From Octopus sinensis (lineage: Eukaryota), in assembly GCF_006345805.1 (NCBI RefSeq), contig NC_043013.1, positions 17,608,001 through 17,672,000 on the forward strand: a stretch of DNA of 64,000 nucleotides, given 5' to 3'. Position numbers and translations under genes: made by a program. This document shows positions 12,803 to 27,165 of this stretch, piece by piece. A model generated the notes under the pieces. It was not told the origin of the DNA and made no database searches. It worked only from the letters and a program-made list of their open reading frames with translations. How positions within the stretch are numbered: the stretch's first letter is position 1; the number at the start of each line of letters is the position of its first letter.

Positions 12803-12928
12803 CAAATGGGCTCAGTTTGTCTGTACCTTGCTGCCAAGGTTGAGGAACAACCACGGAAACTTGAACACGTAATAAAAGTGGCATATGTGCTACAACATCG
12901 CGATGGAAACCTAGACACTAAGAGTGAG
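12803..12928 (+). CDS. CycT: Cyclin T, exon 3 (126 nt)
   Basis: ttgtctttccag|QMGSVCLYLAAKVEEQPRKLEHVIKVAYVLQHRDGNLDTKSE|gtaagg. LAAKVEEQPRKLEHVIK is a cyclin T signature. Confidence 0.96.
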
Positions 12929-13494
12929 GTAAGGAAAGCTAAAACTTTTCTTGGGTGCCATTTTAGGTTTTTCAGTGAACAGAGGTCTGTCTGTCTTCAT
13001 TTCCATATTTTTATCCCCATAATTTTCATGATTCAGTAAATTATAGTTTGAAATGAGTATTTGAAATTTTTTAAAGATACCCTTTTTATCACCATTATTC
13101 TTGTCCTGCTATTTTTAATTTCAGGTTAATCTTGTAAATATAAAATTTAGTGACATCTGCTTATGAAATGCTAAGGACCTACCTTCATGGTCTGTTCTGG
13201 GATGCTGTCTTTTTTTTTTTTTTTTTGCAGCATACCATTCTTTTATGTACATTTATCAATTAATAATCTTGACGATGAGCTATGTTAAAGATTATAGTAT
13301 AAACAGGTTTCTTTACAGATATTGAGTTCTTCATTTTCAACATGGATACACAGGAAGTTGCTACCCAACATATTCTATTTTTCATAGATACACAAGCATT
13401 CATATACATGCAATTGTTTGCATGTATGGTATGTGTTTGGACAAGACTTGTGATGTGTGTGTGTTAGTTGGTAAATATGTATATACATGCATAT

Positions 13495-13556
13495 ATTTGT
13501 GTGTATTATATATATATATAGTGTGTGTGTGTGTATGTATATAGTATGTGTGTGTG

Positions 13557-13605
<49 letters not shown>

Positions 13606-13835
13606 TGTGTATGTGTATATATATATATATATATATATAGTATGTGTATGTGTATGTATATATATATATATATATTGTATGTGTATGTATATATATATAT
13701 ATATATGTATGTGTATGTATATATATATATATATATGTATGTGTATGTATATATATATATATAGTATGTGTATGATGTATATATATATATATATAGTATG
13801 TGTATGTATATATATATATATATATATAGTATGTG

Positions 13836-13874
<39 letters not shown>

Positions 13875-13909
13875 TGTGTATGTATATATATATATATATA
13901 TAGTATGTG

Positions 13910-13956
<47 letters not shown>

Positions 13957-14041
13957 GTATGTGTATGTATATATATATATATATAGATATATAGTATGTG
14001 TATGTATTATATATATAATATATATATATAGTATGTGTATG

Positions 14042-14072
<31 letters not shown>

Positions 14073-14217
14073 TATGTATATATATATATATATATAGTAT
14101 GTGTATGTATATATATATATATATGTATGTGTATGTATATATATATATATATAGTAGTGTATGTATATATATATATATATATAGTATGTGTATGTATATA
14201 TATATATATATAGTATG

Positions 14218-14254
<37 letters not shown>

Positions 14255-14360
14255 TGTGTGTGTGTGTGGTATGTATATATATATATAGTGTGTGTGTGTG
14301 TGTGTATGTATTACAACTGCATATATTTATGTTTATATTGTGTGTGTGTATATATATGAT
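13495..14360. repeat. Compound (TA)n/(TG)n satellite, recurring unit about AGTATGTGTATG(TA)n
   Basis: About 860 bp of alternating purine-pyrimidine sequence with a repeated higher-order unit. Confidence 0.95.
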
Positions 14361-14559
14361 TATTTAAAATTATTCTCTTTTTTTTTGTCTTGACTTTCTT
14401 CTGTTTGTACAGTGCATGTGCAGAAGTTGAAATGGCTCAACTGAAGACTGAAACTGGGTCCCATAATTGGACTACCTTGTATATATTGAAATATAAGGTT
14501 ACTGGTGGTGTGGGAGTAAGGGAAGGTTCCTATCAGATCATATTATTGCTGTGTGTTGG

Positions 14560-15420
14560 CGGAACTCTTTCTGTCCCACATTCTATCAACTGTGGCATGC
14601 CTCAGGTTTTGTCCCCACCCTCAATCTCTTCTCTGTATCTTTGGCCAATTTGACATTATATTCAACAACTCCTGCTCTTACACAGATGATGCAACTCTTT
14701 ATACCTCACAATCATCCACGTAAAAACCATGATTCCACATACTGTAAATTAACGCCTTGAAAGTATCTTCCAGTGGGGTCCATAGGAAACCAGTGTAAAG
14801 ATTCAAGCACAACTCACCAAGAAGACATCATTGCAACACGCTCCTTCAAACATGAAAAACATGCTACTCGAGAGCTCACAGTTATTCCAGAAGTTAGGGT
14901 TCACACCTTCTGATAAAAGCAGATCTTTGACATAGCTTGGACTGTATCTGACATTATTTTTCATGACCAAAACTTAATCCCTCAATGCTTATTTATACTG
15001 TAGAAATCTTAACAGTGTATTGCTCCTACATTTGGTATAATGCTTTGACACACACACACCCTAAACTATATCCAAAGAAAGGCTATAGACATGCTCTAAT
15101 CTCTGCTATACAGCTGTTATCTGCTCTCTCTGCTTTTTTCTACTTTTATGGCCTCTGCTCCTTGAAGTTGGCTGCTCTTGTTCTATCTCCATTCATGTAT
15201 GCTTAAGTTACTCATCACTCCTCCATTCATCATTCACATTATGTCCCTTCCCTTGTTCCTCATTAACTATTACGCCCAGTCCTTCCTTGAACATAGGCCC
15301 TCATGCTTTTCCTGCAAGTGTCAACTTGAAACAGTTTAAGTAGAACATTAATAGCAATCAACCTTATCAGTCTTAGAGGTGGGCCTATAAAAGTTCTGGG
15401 CACTGACTCTTCATACAGAC
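14560..15420 (+). mobile_element. Highly decayed non-LTR retrotransposon fragment (RT to 3' end; CR1/L2/Jockey group)
   Basis: Residual motifs INCGMPQ.LSP, DDATL, YCSYIW and FY.YFYG.CS in broken frames. Confidence 0.5.
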
Positions 15421-16199
15421 CCTGCACAAGAAAACCCGTTTACTCAATGGATGATTCTCTAAATTTTCTTTTAACTAATCAAATCACTTGCCACCTCGTA
15501 TTTCATGTAATAACATTTCAACAAATCACAAGTGATGTGTTTGCTACCATAACTAACTTTTTAGACCTGCTTTAAAAAGTAACCTGGTCATGTTCAAATC
15601 ACTCTGTCTTGTGTTGGTATACATTAGCCAAAGATTAATGGAGATGCACAAAATGAAACTTTTTATCCAAAGGGATTTTCACGCACACATTCTAGCTGAA
15701 ATGAGACAGAGGGTGACAGATGCACAGACATTCTGAAAATGCATTTACATACAGACACTCACAAAAATACATACTTTATGCAATTTTTTTCTTATTTGAA
15801 ACCTCTAAGTCACAAGAATGTAAACAAAGCAACACTGGTTGTCAAGTGATGGTGGGGGTTCATAGACACATGCACACACACACGTGTGTTTGTGTGTGTA
15901 TTATAGATGGAAGTATGACTGAGAGATTAAGTATCCTTGCAATTATGAGGTCTTAAGTTTGATTTCACTTTGTAGCATTTTCCTAAGCCTTGCAAATGAA
16001 ATTGGATAACTTGTCAGATGGGCTGCACTTGTAATGAAAATGTCCTATCATGTCACACTAATGCTATTTCAAAATTACATGGCGAGATACACACGTATGT
16101 TGACTACACAATCAGTTTGTATGTTAATCTAGTGAGTGGGTTGTATACTGATCGAGCAACTGGATGCACATACCTCAAAACCAACAGGAAAGTTTGTGT

Positions 16200-16570
16200 G
16201 TTTCGACTGTTGTATGGCTTGCTTCCCAACTCTATGGTTTTGGGTTCACTTCCACTGCACAGCACCTTGGGTAAGTGTCTTCTGTTATAGACTCTTCCAG
16301 GCAGACACTTTTCTCAGTGGATTTCGTAGATGGGAACTGAAACTCCATATGTGTGTCTGCGTGTGCCCTTGTTTTGACATCACATGATGGTTATGAGTGT
16401 TATCATACAAGCAATGTTGTTCATTTCCAGTCTTCCATGTCAGGCCATGGGAAGTATTACCTTATTTGGAAACAAGTGAAGTTAGGTGATAGAAAGGGCA
16501 TCTGGCACTAAAAAAATGTGCCTCAACAAATTACATCTGACCCATGCAAGTATGGAAAAGTGGATAGGAC
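16200..16570 (+). mobile_element. tRNA-derived SINE with RTE-like tail (diverged). Related copies at about 20040-20435 (+), 57335-57710 (-) and 63078-63470 (+)
   Basis: Shared head (ggttcagtcccactgc..agcaccttgggcaagtgtcttct) and shared tail (aggaagggcatc...cccatgcaagcatggaaaagtggac). Confidence 0.7.
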
Positions 16571-17190
16571 AACTATCATATACATATTATACAGTTCTGC
16601 TTATCTGGCACATTTAGGATGTGAGTAGTGCCAGATTATCAAATGTGCTAGGATGTTGAAACTCATCTTTAAAAACCAGCAAAATAATACTCTTTAAGGA
16701 GGTTATCCATATTTATCTGTTTTTCAACAGTCTCAGTATCTACCAGCTGCCAGATCAAGTTTTATAGATGCCATGCTATATTTTAAAGTTCCTGAACATC
16801 TCTTGGTAAAATGCTCAAGTCACTATGATGACCATATTTTCGTGTAATTTGCTTGTTTCCAATGACCTTTGATCTTGAAATCAGCATATTCTTTGAACAT
16901 TTTGCACTAAATCACTTGAATATAACTGCTTATAGTTCTGAAGCTCTTAATTTTTTTCAATGTTTTCTGTGCATTAACACCTTTACTTGTCTCTAAAGCA
17001 GCAACAAAATATATTACGTCATTTTGTTTCTTAATGTCATAAATTGTTGAATGTGATATTCCTGTAGAGAAGCCTTCTTGTCTTCCAATGCAGTATGATT
17101 TCAGTTACTGGGTGTAATGGGCTTTCACACCTTTCCCAGATTGATTGTTCTTGTTAACATTGGAAGACATTTTCATTAATTATGTGGACA

Positions 17191-17381
17191 ATACCTATTT
17201 CTTTACTACCCACAAGGGGCTAAATACAGAGGGGACAAACAAGGACAGACAAATGGATTAAGTCAATTACATCGACCCCAGTGCGTAACTGGTGCTTAAT
17301 TTATTGACCCCGAAAGGATGAAAGGTAAAGTCAACCTCGGTGGAATTTGAACTCAGAACGTAACGGCAGACGAAATACCTA
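17191..17381 (-). mobile_element. SINE fragment carrying a conserved central domain (Meta/MESC-like)
   Basis: The minus strand reads ...gttgactttacctttcatcctttcggggtcaataaattaagcaccagttacgcactggggtcgatgtaattgactta. The same domain occurs at about 47640-47750 and 60100-60680. Confidence 0.7.
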
Positions 17382-17448
17382 CAAAGCAATAGATCTAATC
17401 TGTTAGGGCCTAAACTCAGCTAAATAAGAACAAAACCTACATTATCAT

Positions 17449-17604
17449 ATATGTAAATACACACACACACACACACACGTGTGTGTGTGTCCATGTCCTA
17501 CCTGAATAGGGGATATTCTTTTTATCCTATATGTAAAAATAACACACACACACACACACACGTGTGTGTGTGTCCATGTCCTACCTGAATAGGGGATATT
17601 CTTT
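17449..17604. repeat. Local duplication (about 83-bp period) containing (CA)n-CG-(TG)n hairpins
   Basis: acacacgtgtgtgtgtgtccatgtcctacctgaataggggatattcttt occurs twice. Confidence 0.9.
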
Positions 17605-18229
17605 GAATTCTGTGGTTCTCAGTTCACTGTCTCAGAAAGTGATGTGATAGTTTTTGATCATAATTTTGGTCAATCATTGATGTGCAACTAAAAATCTACA
17701 AGAGTCACAAACTAATAAGAAAGCCTCTGAACAGTTGTTCAAATAGCTAGAAATAACAACCACACCCCCTCAAATCATAACACTGACAGTCTCAAGATGC
17801 TTGAAAGACATAATGAAAATGTAGTCCTAATATACAAAATGAAAGGACAATCATTACTGAAATACATTTTATCATTGATCTCCTTGGTCAGAGCCAACTG
17901 GGCCTATACATGATAGTCAGTGAGGAGATCTCTAATGGATCCTATGCAACAACTAAAGGAATCTCTACACAGTAAGTAGCCAATGAGGGCTCTTCCTCTG
18001 AGTAGTTGCTTGAATTACTAGGAATAGAAACCGTATTTCCCTTACATTATATTTTCTGCTGACTTACAAAACAAATGTAGTCCAGGACATAAAAAAACCC
18101 CAGCAAATTTGAACAATAGTTTCAATCCTTCAAGAAATTATAGACTAGAGTAGGTAAAGGGAATACACTTTGAATTTAATCAATAATGCAATTTAAAGAT
18201 CAAATCGAAATCGAATTGAACCAGCCAGG

Positions 18230-18557
18230 ATCCCTGGTCTGGTGGTACGTAAAATGCACTATCCGACTCGTGGCCGATGCCAGCGCCGCCTCGACTGGCT
18301 TCCGTGCCGGTGGCACATAAAATACACCAATCCGACCGTGGCCGTTGCCAGCCTTGCCTGGCAACTGTGCAGGTGGCATGTAAAAAGCACCCACTACACT
18401 CACGGAGTGGTTGGCGTTAGGAAGGGCATCCAGCTGTAGAAACATTGCCAGATAAGACTGGAGCCTGGTGCAGCCTTCTGGCTTCCCAGATCCCCGGTCG
18501 AACCGTCCAACCCATGCTAGCATGGAGAACGGACGTTAAACGATGATGTTGATGATG
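18230..18557 (+). mobile_element. Young RTE-tailed retroposon (SINE-like) with an internal tandem module array
   Basis: 3' part ...gttggcgttaggaagggcatccagctgtagaaac...cccatgctagcatggagaacggacgttaaacgatgatg. CpG-rich, and nearly identical to the copies at 22501 and 36790. Confidence 0.85.
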
Positions 18558-21309
18558 AAAGCAAATTGACGTTTAGGAACTTCAAAGACTTTGAGACAAA
18601 TATAGGAGTAGGGAGAATGTTATACCATGTGTCTCAGCTTTTGAGCTGCAAAATGAAGTCTCTATAAATTCTCATCAAACTCCCTTACAGGACTAAACCT
18701 GGAAAAGGTCCTGGTAAAACATTTAATCCTTAAAAGGGAAAGCTATACATGAACTCTTAAAAAGGACAGGGAAGGGTCACAAGATTACAGATATGTCAAT
18801 AAATATGGAGTGTGTAAGTTTTTTTAAATCAATTTTTTTTTTTTAAGTTCTGAATTTAATTTCAAGGGTTGACCTATTTTCAAAACTAGAAATGCCTTTT
18901 CATATTACTCTGAAAATTCAATATATAATTTAACCCACGTTGCCTGAGAATGTTTATTAATTTCAGAGCAATATGCAAAAAAAAAAAAAAAAAAAGACTG
19001 AGTATTATATAGCTAATTGTGAGAAATGTGTTTCATCAAATTATACTATTTTCCTGTTTTACCAGTGTCTATCTAACATTAGATCAACAAAGATATTTTT
19101 TTCTTAAAAGAAAAAAATCAACTAAAGTTAAATTCACTGTTTTAGTTAACATTGCTTTATAATATATTATGCTTCTTGTCACTGTGATGTTATCAATAAC
19201 ACTGTTGATTTTTACCTTGAAAATATCAATAGAGTGGTTTTGGTTTATATTTTATGTTGTATTTTGGATTTACATGTGAAAGAACAAAGTTCCCATGCTG
19301 GTATGGATTGGACATGTCATTATGGTCTGAGTTAGCTTTTATTCAGTGTCATTGCTCTTATAGACAATAAGGGAAGGCATGTCTTGCTTGAATATTTTAA
19401 AGTTTGGCATGTCTTTTGTGGCTGGTTATCTTAACTCATTTGCCAACTCCTTTTCAGTGATATATTACATCCACATTTAAATGATTGAGCTATTTTTAAG
19501 CTATCAGCAGTAATGCTGTAGCAGTTGTGTGAGACAATACCTGTACTAGCCCAGCTAGTACAGGTATTGTACATATGTGGTTCTTCTTATTCCTACTTCT
19601 CACTCAGTTGTAATCTAGCAGTCATGCACACTGACATTTCACATCCATTTGGTGAATACATCATTTCTTTCTAATTTTGTAAGCCTTCTGCATTCAAGGC
19701 ATCATACAATTGGCCCTTCTCACTGAAGGAGAAGACCTTTATTGCCAGTAGAGCTAAGTTTCCTGAACTTTTCAAACCTGTTCATCACTTGGTTACTGTA
19801 CTTCCAGAATGGCTACCACCACCACTACAAAATATGACATCTAACTCCAGTGGTGCTAGGGAAAGAGCTAGTAACAGGTAGAGGATGCTACTGGAAGTTT
19901 TCAGCTTTGACCCTGCATGCAGGCAGCCATAGGGAGGAATGGTTGTTTCCCTGCAGACCTCCATGGTTTGCTGACCCATCACTCATCAAAGTAACGACAG
20001 TCCATCATTGTGTATGTGTGTGTGTATGTGTTTGAAAAGCATGATTGTGTGGTTAAGAAATTAGATCCCAACCATGTGGTTTTGGGTTCCTTCCCACTGT
20101 GTGGCACCTTGGGCAAGTGCTTTGTATAGCCCTAGGCTGAGTAAAGTAACCAGAAACTGAAAGAAACTTATAAAATAATATATATATGTGTATGTGTGTG
20201 TGTGTGTTTAGCTTCCTTGTGTTGACATATGGTAGTTGCATACAAGTGTTGCTATCATAGAAATGGCTTCATGTGTTTCCACACTTCCAAGAAAATGTGT
20301 CTGCCCATGACAAAGCATTACCTTGCTTAGAACAGGTGAGGGTTGGCAACAGGAAGGGTATCTGGTCATAGAAAATCTGCTTCAACAAATTGTCTGATTC
20401 ATGCAAGCATGGAAAAAAAATGGTGATAATGATGATTAATTTGCTACCAAGTAAACCGAGAGAGGAGTGCAATACATATTGTAGAGTATCTGGTTTATTG
20501 AAACTTAATTTTTTACTTGCAGCTGCAGTTAGTGTGACCTTTATCTCCTCTACAGCAAGACACCTGTTTCTGACCCTCAGTCACACTCTGACTTTTGTCT
20601 GTTTGTTAAAGAGTTGTGTGTATACATATATGGCCCATATTTTCAATTGTTATTAAAACAAAACTATGCCAATCAGCCAGATATAATCATCATACTTCTC
20701 TGTTTACATCTGCACCTCAATGTGTAATCTTCTTTTACAAAGATGACTTCCTTTCAGTCTTGGTTGAAATAATTTCTCTACTTCTGAACAAATGTTCAAT
20801 GAACATTTGCACCTCTTTGATTTTGAGATTCCTCTGTTTGACAGTCTCCATAACAACATTCTTTTATATTTATCTATTAAATTCTTTTTCATTCTTATTT
20901 GTAATTTATTACTGTTGCATATTCATTTAGCTGGGCTTTTCTTCTTATCAAATTACCTATGATGTACATCTACCCACCCTACTTCCTCCACTACCATTTC
21001 TGATATACTTTGCCCAGTGCATTCCTTTGGAAACTGCTGCCACACTATGGAAATTCCTTTAGATGCTATCCTGTTCTTAGACTTAATGTTTATTTTCACC
21101 CATATATTATATGTATGTATATATATATATTTACCTACACAAACTTTTGTATATATGTTATTGTTAACAACAATGTACATAAAGCAAAGTTTACTCTTCA
21201 TGGCATTCATCACCTGTCCACACACTCCTTATATATTTATTATTGGTGATTGTATGCTTTGTCATAGTGATTTATTGGTGTGTGTTGATAGCATAACAAG
21301 ATAGAGGAG

Positions 21310-22170
21310 CATCCAAACATATGAAAGATCCTTCTAACTGCTTCTTGATGATCATTTACTACAGACAGCAGGCACTGACCAGAGGAATCCCCTTTGAAAA
21401 TACTCTTTCTCTTCCTTTTAGGTCATAATTTCCTGTCACCATTAATATTTGCTCAATAAGAGAGAGGTCATGAGAGATTATAGAGATGTTAGAAAAGAGG
21501 AGAGTTGATAAATGTGGTGTGCAAAAAGTGAGCCCACCTTCACTTTTTGCACACCAAATTAACTCACAGACAATAAACAAAGCTATTAATTCTTTTGGAA
21601 GGGTAGCAGGAATGGTGTAGGCGAAGCAGGAATATTATGAACAGAGAAATTGATAGATAACATTATGCAGATAGTGTATGCAATGGGCTAATTAGGCTTA
21701 GGCTTGGATAATTTGACAGTGATATCTCATGACTAACAGTACGACTTTTTTTGAGATCTGAGACCCTTCTGCAGATCATGTTTGAAACTGGTGAGGGTAA
21801 TCTTATTGCTATTTGCAATTATGTCATCTCAGTTATGTATGAAGAATATAGTTTTGGTACACTGGATCAAGAGGTGAAGTCAAGATTCATTGAGTTTTGT
21901 GATGTGAATAACCTAACCAATTGCAACACTGACTTAGGAAGCTAGCTAGCCTCCTCATTGTCTTCCACCAAGATAAACACAAGTCAGGAAAAGCATCAGA
22001 CAAATTTATAGAGGTGCTCTCAGCAAAGTGAGCAATGGTTGTCCTCAAATCTCTCTTCATTGTGGTCCTCCAATCTGTAACAGGAGTTTAAGACTGGATG
22101 CCCCTGGGAACCTCTATTTGCTGTAGTGACTCTAAAGAAGAAATTTCAGATAAAGAAGCAAAATCTAGTA
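21310..22170 (-). mobile_element. Decayed LINE fragment (L2/CR1-like, linker to RT N-terminus)
   Basis: Minus-strand remnants resembling the P..YRPI..S motif region and the downstream ..DHQ region. Many stop codons. Confidence 0.4.
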
Positions 22171-22500
22171 TTGAAAGGCATTTAAAGTTAGTAAACAGTA
22201 AAATATTAGTAGGTTGAGGAGAATATAGGATTCTTCTTCCATCTGGAAAATGGTCCTGCTCAGAAAAGGAGTTAGTAGGAATTCCATATATTCATAGTGC
22301 GTATTTAGTGTGAACTATGGATACATAAAAGATGCAGTAGGATCACAAGTTGACTAAGAAAGTAGATTTCATATGTGACAGGTGCATGGGGAGTATTAAG
22401 AACTCACAGGGAATAGTCTACCTAAAATATTTGGATGGTTCCCTAAGGGCAGTATGTGTATGAATTGAAATTCTGCATGTTATTTGAGAAGTGGACTTTC

Positions 22501-22800
22501 ATCATCATCGTTTAGCGTCCGTTTTCCATGCTAGCATGGGTTGGACGGTTCAACTGGGGTCTGTGAAGCCGGAAGGCTTCATCAGGCCTAGTCAGATCTG
22601 GCAGTGTTTCTACGGCTGGATGCCCTTCCTAACGCCAACCACTCCGTGAGTGTAGTGGGTGCTTTTTACATGCCACCCGCACAGGGGCCAGACGAACGGA
22701 TGGTGCTTTTTATGTGCCACCGGCACGGGGGCCAGGCGAGGCTGGCAACGGACACAAACGGATGGTGCTTTTTACGTGCCACTGGCACGAGGCCAGTAGG
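22501..22800 (-). mobile_element. Inverted copy of the RTE-tailed retroposon family seen at 18230
   Basis: Reverse complement of 18330-18557 (catcatcgtttagcgtccgttttccatgctagcatgggttggacgg...gcccttcctaacgccaaccactccgtgagtgtagtgggtgc). Confidence 0.9.
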
Positions 22801-25800
22801 CTGGCATAGAATATTGCATTTTGCAGAAAATATTGAAGGGCTGGCCAACAGTGCAGTTGAAAGTCACAAGAATGGTAGTAAAGTCATTTCATGGTCTATA
22901 TAAGAGAACATTGGACATATTGTGTCTTCTATACTTTACCCTTACCCTTCCTGTACTGACAGTCATTACCCCATTCACACCATTATGCTCTTGCTGCTTT
23001 TCTCTTGCACATTCTGCCTCTTCCGCTGTCATTTTATTTCCTCAAATGTTTCACCCTGTTTTTTTCTCCACTTTCTTGATTACATTACTTTGTTTCTATG
23101 AATAGGTTTCAGAATACTGATTAGCCCCTATTATTCATCACTCTTATCATTTATACATCTCACTCTGTAAATTGGTTGGTGTTAAGGACATCTGGCAGTA
23201 GACACCCAGCCAAATATGAAATTGACAAGCAAGATGCAGTCATCTCACTTGTTTAGATCAGTATTATTCCCAATTGTGGTGACTCTGACCATGGCAACCC
23301 ATCAGACCCATCCTAGCATAGAAACTGATGATAATTGTGTCCCGTCCCACCATGTGTGTGTTTCCCCTCCTCAAACCAACAGTAACCCTTGAATCATATT
23401 TCCTCTTGTATTGAGAACATCTATTTCACTTCTCCCTTGGGTCATCATTTTTGGTAGCTTTAGGAAGAGGTGACATGTTAGGCAACTACACATGACTCTC
23501 ATTTGTGATACCAGTTCAGAAACTGAATCCTTTCTCATTCGCAACTCTTTACATTAATTTGTTTTACTTTCTACATACCTTCCACACTGACACATGCACA
23601 CTCAACTTATCTCTTGTCTCAAAACCTTACATCTATTAATCTGGCTGTTTTTGCCCCCGTCATGTCATCTGATCACTGTTTCACCACAACTGTGCAATAC
23701 GCAATCACACACTGTACAGTACCTCCTTCACTCTAGACTCGACAGCACTTCAAATCAGCTGACTGGTCAGCCCTTTGTCAGTTTTGTGTCACTTAATCCT
23801 TGGCAGCACATGTGGCTTCTCTTTTGATTCTTCAAAAACTGCTAGTTGGGTAACTGAAACCATTTCTTTTTAAGTGTGAGCTCTTGACATTAACAAAACC
23901 TTGCGCATGTCTTACATGCAAATCTTTTATTGAAACTTCCCATGTGAGGGTTTTACTCATTTCTTAGATTGGTAGCTTCTTATTTGATTACATTATTGCA
24001 TCTTGTGTTGACAAAGCTTTCTTCCCAACTGTGTGTCAACTCTGTTGTTTCTTAGGGTTGGGTTTTGTCCCTTCCTCACTTTCTTCCTTCTATATATATC
24101 AAAAAATTAATTGTTACTACACCTGACAATACCCACTCTTATGCATATAAGACTTTGTTCCTCTTCAAATTTCAGTAACCATGTCTCATCCACTTGTAGT
24201 TTATATACTGTTTGCCAAGCCTGCACTGATTCTGTAAATGGAGACCTTGGCCTTGCCAACCATGCCTCATGGTTAGTAAAAGACACTACTTATATCAGGA
24301 AAACACCACTACACTTCACTGAACATGGGTGGGGCTCAACTGCAGTTGTCACAATCGCTCCAATATCGAGCCTTACTATCTCCAACTGAAGGTACATCCT
24401 TAACATTGCTAGGACCACATCTCAAAAGACTAGTCTTATCTTCAGATCCATAAAAAGTTTTAGTCCTTAACAACTGCCGATACTCTACAAAGCACCATTG
24501 AGGCTCAGACTGGTGTACTGCTTCCACATTAGGATAATACTGTGTTACTATGCACACATCCTGGAGTGCATCCGGAGATGGTCATGTGATATAAGCATTT
24601 GATTATGAATGGATATGTTCCGTCCTCTGATTCAAAGGCATACTGTCTCCTCCTTTTGTCTTTTCTAATGCTACCATAATGGCTTCTGTTCCTCAGACCT
24701 TCTACCTCCACTACTTAGTCATCCCTGACACACCTAACCACCTTTCAGTCACTCTTGTTTGAATCTTCATCCTGCCCTGCACTAACCATTATGTGCAGTC
24801 CTTTCTCCCCAGCTCATTGGTCCTCTCTCATGTCTTTCCCTGCAGGTGTTGATCTGCACAAGAGCATTAACAAGAAGCTCACCAGACTCAGGGCCTGCAA
24901 AGGCAATGGGCATGGCCCTCCTTCAGACTCAATGAGTTATATATATATAACTAGTTAAAAGTATGTACGAATATGCGCACATGCGTGTGTATAGTGTAAG
25001 TGTATGGTTAAGAAGTTTGCATTCCAACCATATGGTTTTAGGTTCAATGTTACTGCGTAGTACCTTGGGCAAACCTGTGTCTATTGAAAACAGCTCATGA
25101 AACTCAATATCATACACACATACATGTTTACACACACATTTATGGTGACAGATTCTCTATTGCTTTTGACTAACCCATGTTCATGAGGAGTTTTAAACTT
25201 GGCGTGGATCAAACAGTTTTCCTGTATCTTTACACGCATGAATTGGCCTCTCCTGAATACTACTTGTATCAAATGTCTTCATCTACCAAGGTTCTGATAA
25301 TCCACCCTGACACCTTAAGTCCTCTGGCAGTGGCCCTCATTGATTTTCCAGGGTCATCATCAATAATGTCTTGAGTTTATTGGATGGATTGTGATGTCCT
25401 TTTAGTATTCAAATATTTAAACTGTCTTTCTCTCTCTGATACAGTTGAAACACCCGCCAGAAGCTTCCAATTCCACTTGAACTTTCTGTACAAAAGATCT
25501 TGCAATATTTAGAAAGTTGAAATTTTAAAATTGCTGTTTTGTGTATATGGTAACAATGACTGCATGTCTTTTCATTTCTTGTGTCAGCATTTTATGTGCC
25601 ATGGGGGATTTGAAAGAAAAGAAAAACTTTTGATTTGTTTGAAGAGAGTAATATACTGATAATTATCTTCAAATACTCTTTGCACTATAGATAGATATAT
25701 GTGTGTGATTGTATGTTGAATGAACATAGCAGTACTAATGCGTGATTAGTATATTGGATGGGTTTTTTTTTTTTGTCTTAAACTTTTTACCTTGAATACA

Positions 25801-27165
25801 CCCATTTTTGTTATGATTCTATCACCCAAGCACAAGTTTTTTTTAAAGAATGTCAAGATCAAGGAGAGAGAAGAGAGACTGACTATTTTAATATAGCCAG
25901 AGAATAATGAGAGAATATATGTAGGTAGATCTCTCTCTCATCTATTGAAAATCCATCAATGGAATTGAGAGGTAATATATTGAAGAGCTGGCAGCGTCAT
26001 CATCAGTGTTTTATATTAGGTGTTTATTTGCTTGCATGCGAAAGGACCTGTGTTGTGCATATATGTGTTTGGTTTTATATAAATGCAAATATTTGGAAGT
26101 GTGTGTGTGTGTATTCATCATTGAGAAGGTGCATGGCTTAGTGGTTAGGGTATTTGGCTCATGATTGTATGGTTGTAAGTTCAATACCTGGCAGCACATT
26201 GTGTCCTTGAACAAGACATTTTATTTTACATCGCTCCAGTCTGTTGACAAAAATGTGTTGTACTGGTATTTCAAAGGGCCAGCCATATTGTATTCTGTGT
26301 TATGCTGAATCTACGTGAGAACTGAGTTATGGGTATGTGTGTCTGTGCAGTGCTCAGACTATTTGCACGTTAATTTCACAAGCAGGCTGTTCCATCGATC
26401 AGACCAACTGGAATACTCATTGTAACCGACAGAATGCCATCATCATCATTTAATGTCCAATTTTCTATGTTCTCTTGGGTTAGATAAAATGTCCTGGTTT
26501 CCTTTGGCCAGATGCCCTTCCTGTCACCAACCATCCCCTTTGTCCAAGCAAGATAGTATTTCCTCATGGCCAGATATGTTTTTCACAAAATACTGGAAGC
26601 AAAACTATCGCTCATGTGACTGCTTCTTACAACCATCATGTGTGACATCAACAAGAATTCACTCACACATATGTACGTGTATATACAACATGCTTCTTTC
26701 AGTTTCTGTTTACGAAATCCACACACAAAGATTTTATCAGCCTTTGTCACTCAAGGTGCCATGCAATAGGAGTGAACTTGATATCTCATGGTTGGGAAGT
26801 AAGCTTCTGAACCACATCGGCGTGTCTATTTGCCTATTTTTGTTCAAAAATATTATAACTGAGAATAACATAATGACTAAGTTGAAATTTCTGTTCATCT
26901 ACATATAGGATTAAGTTTCGGTGTGTTTTCAGCAGATTTTTTTTCTTTCCATTATAGCGTAGGTGTAAATATGTTTGTTAGATATTTGAATGTTAGATAT
27001 TTAAGAATTATAGCTTCAGAGATACACCTATATACGTGTTGTTCTTTTTATTTCTTACCTTTGGAAAATACTAATATATTGAAACACTTATAAACTTGGA
27101 AAGTATTTCATTTAAATATATAAATACATACTCTACATTGTACTGAGTCATCATCTTGAAATATC

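Noticed and set aside
13525-14359. YIYI/CVCV-rich ORFs
   Set aside because: These are translations of dinucleotide microsatellite, as are the ORFs at 645-1070.
16590-17170. Possible pogo/Tigger relic
   Set aside because: Only a faint CAGT-type terminus and weak HTH-like traces. Not enough to call.
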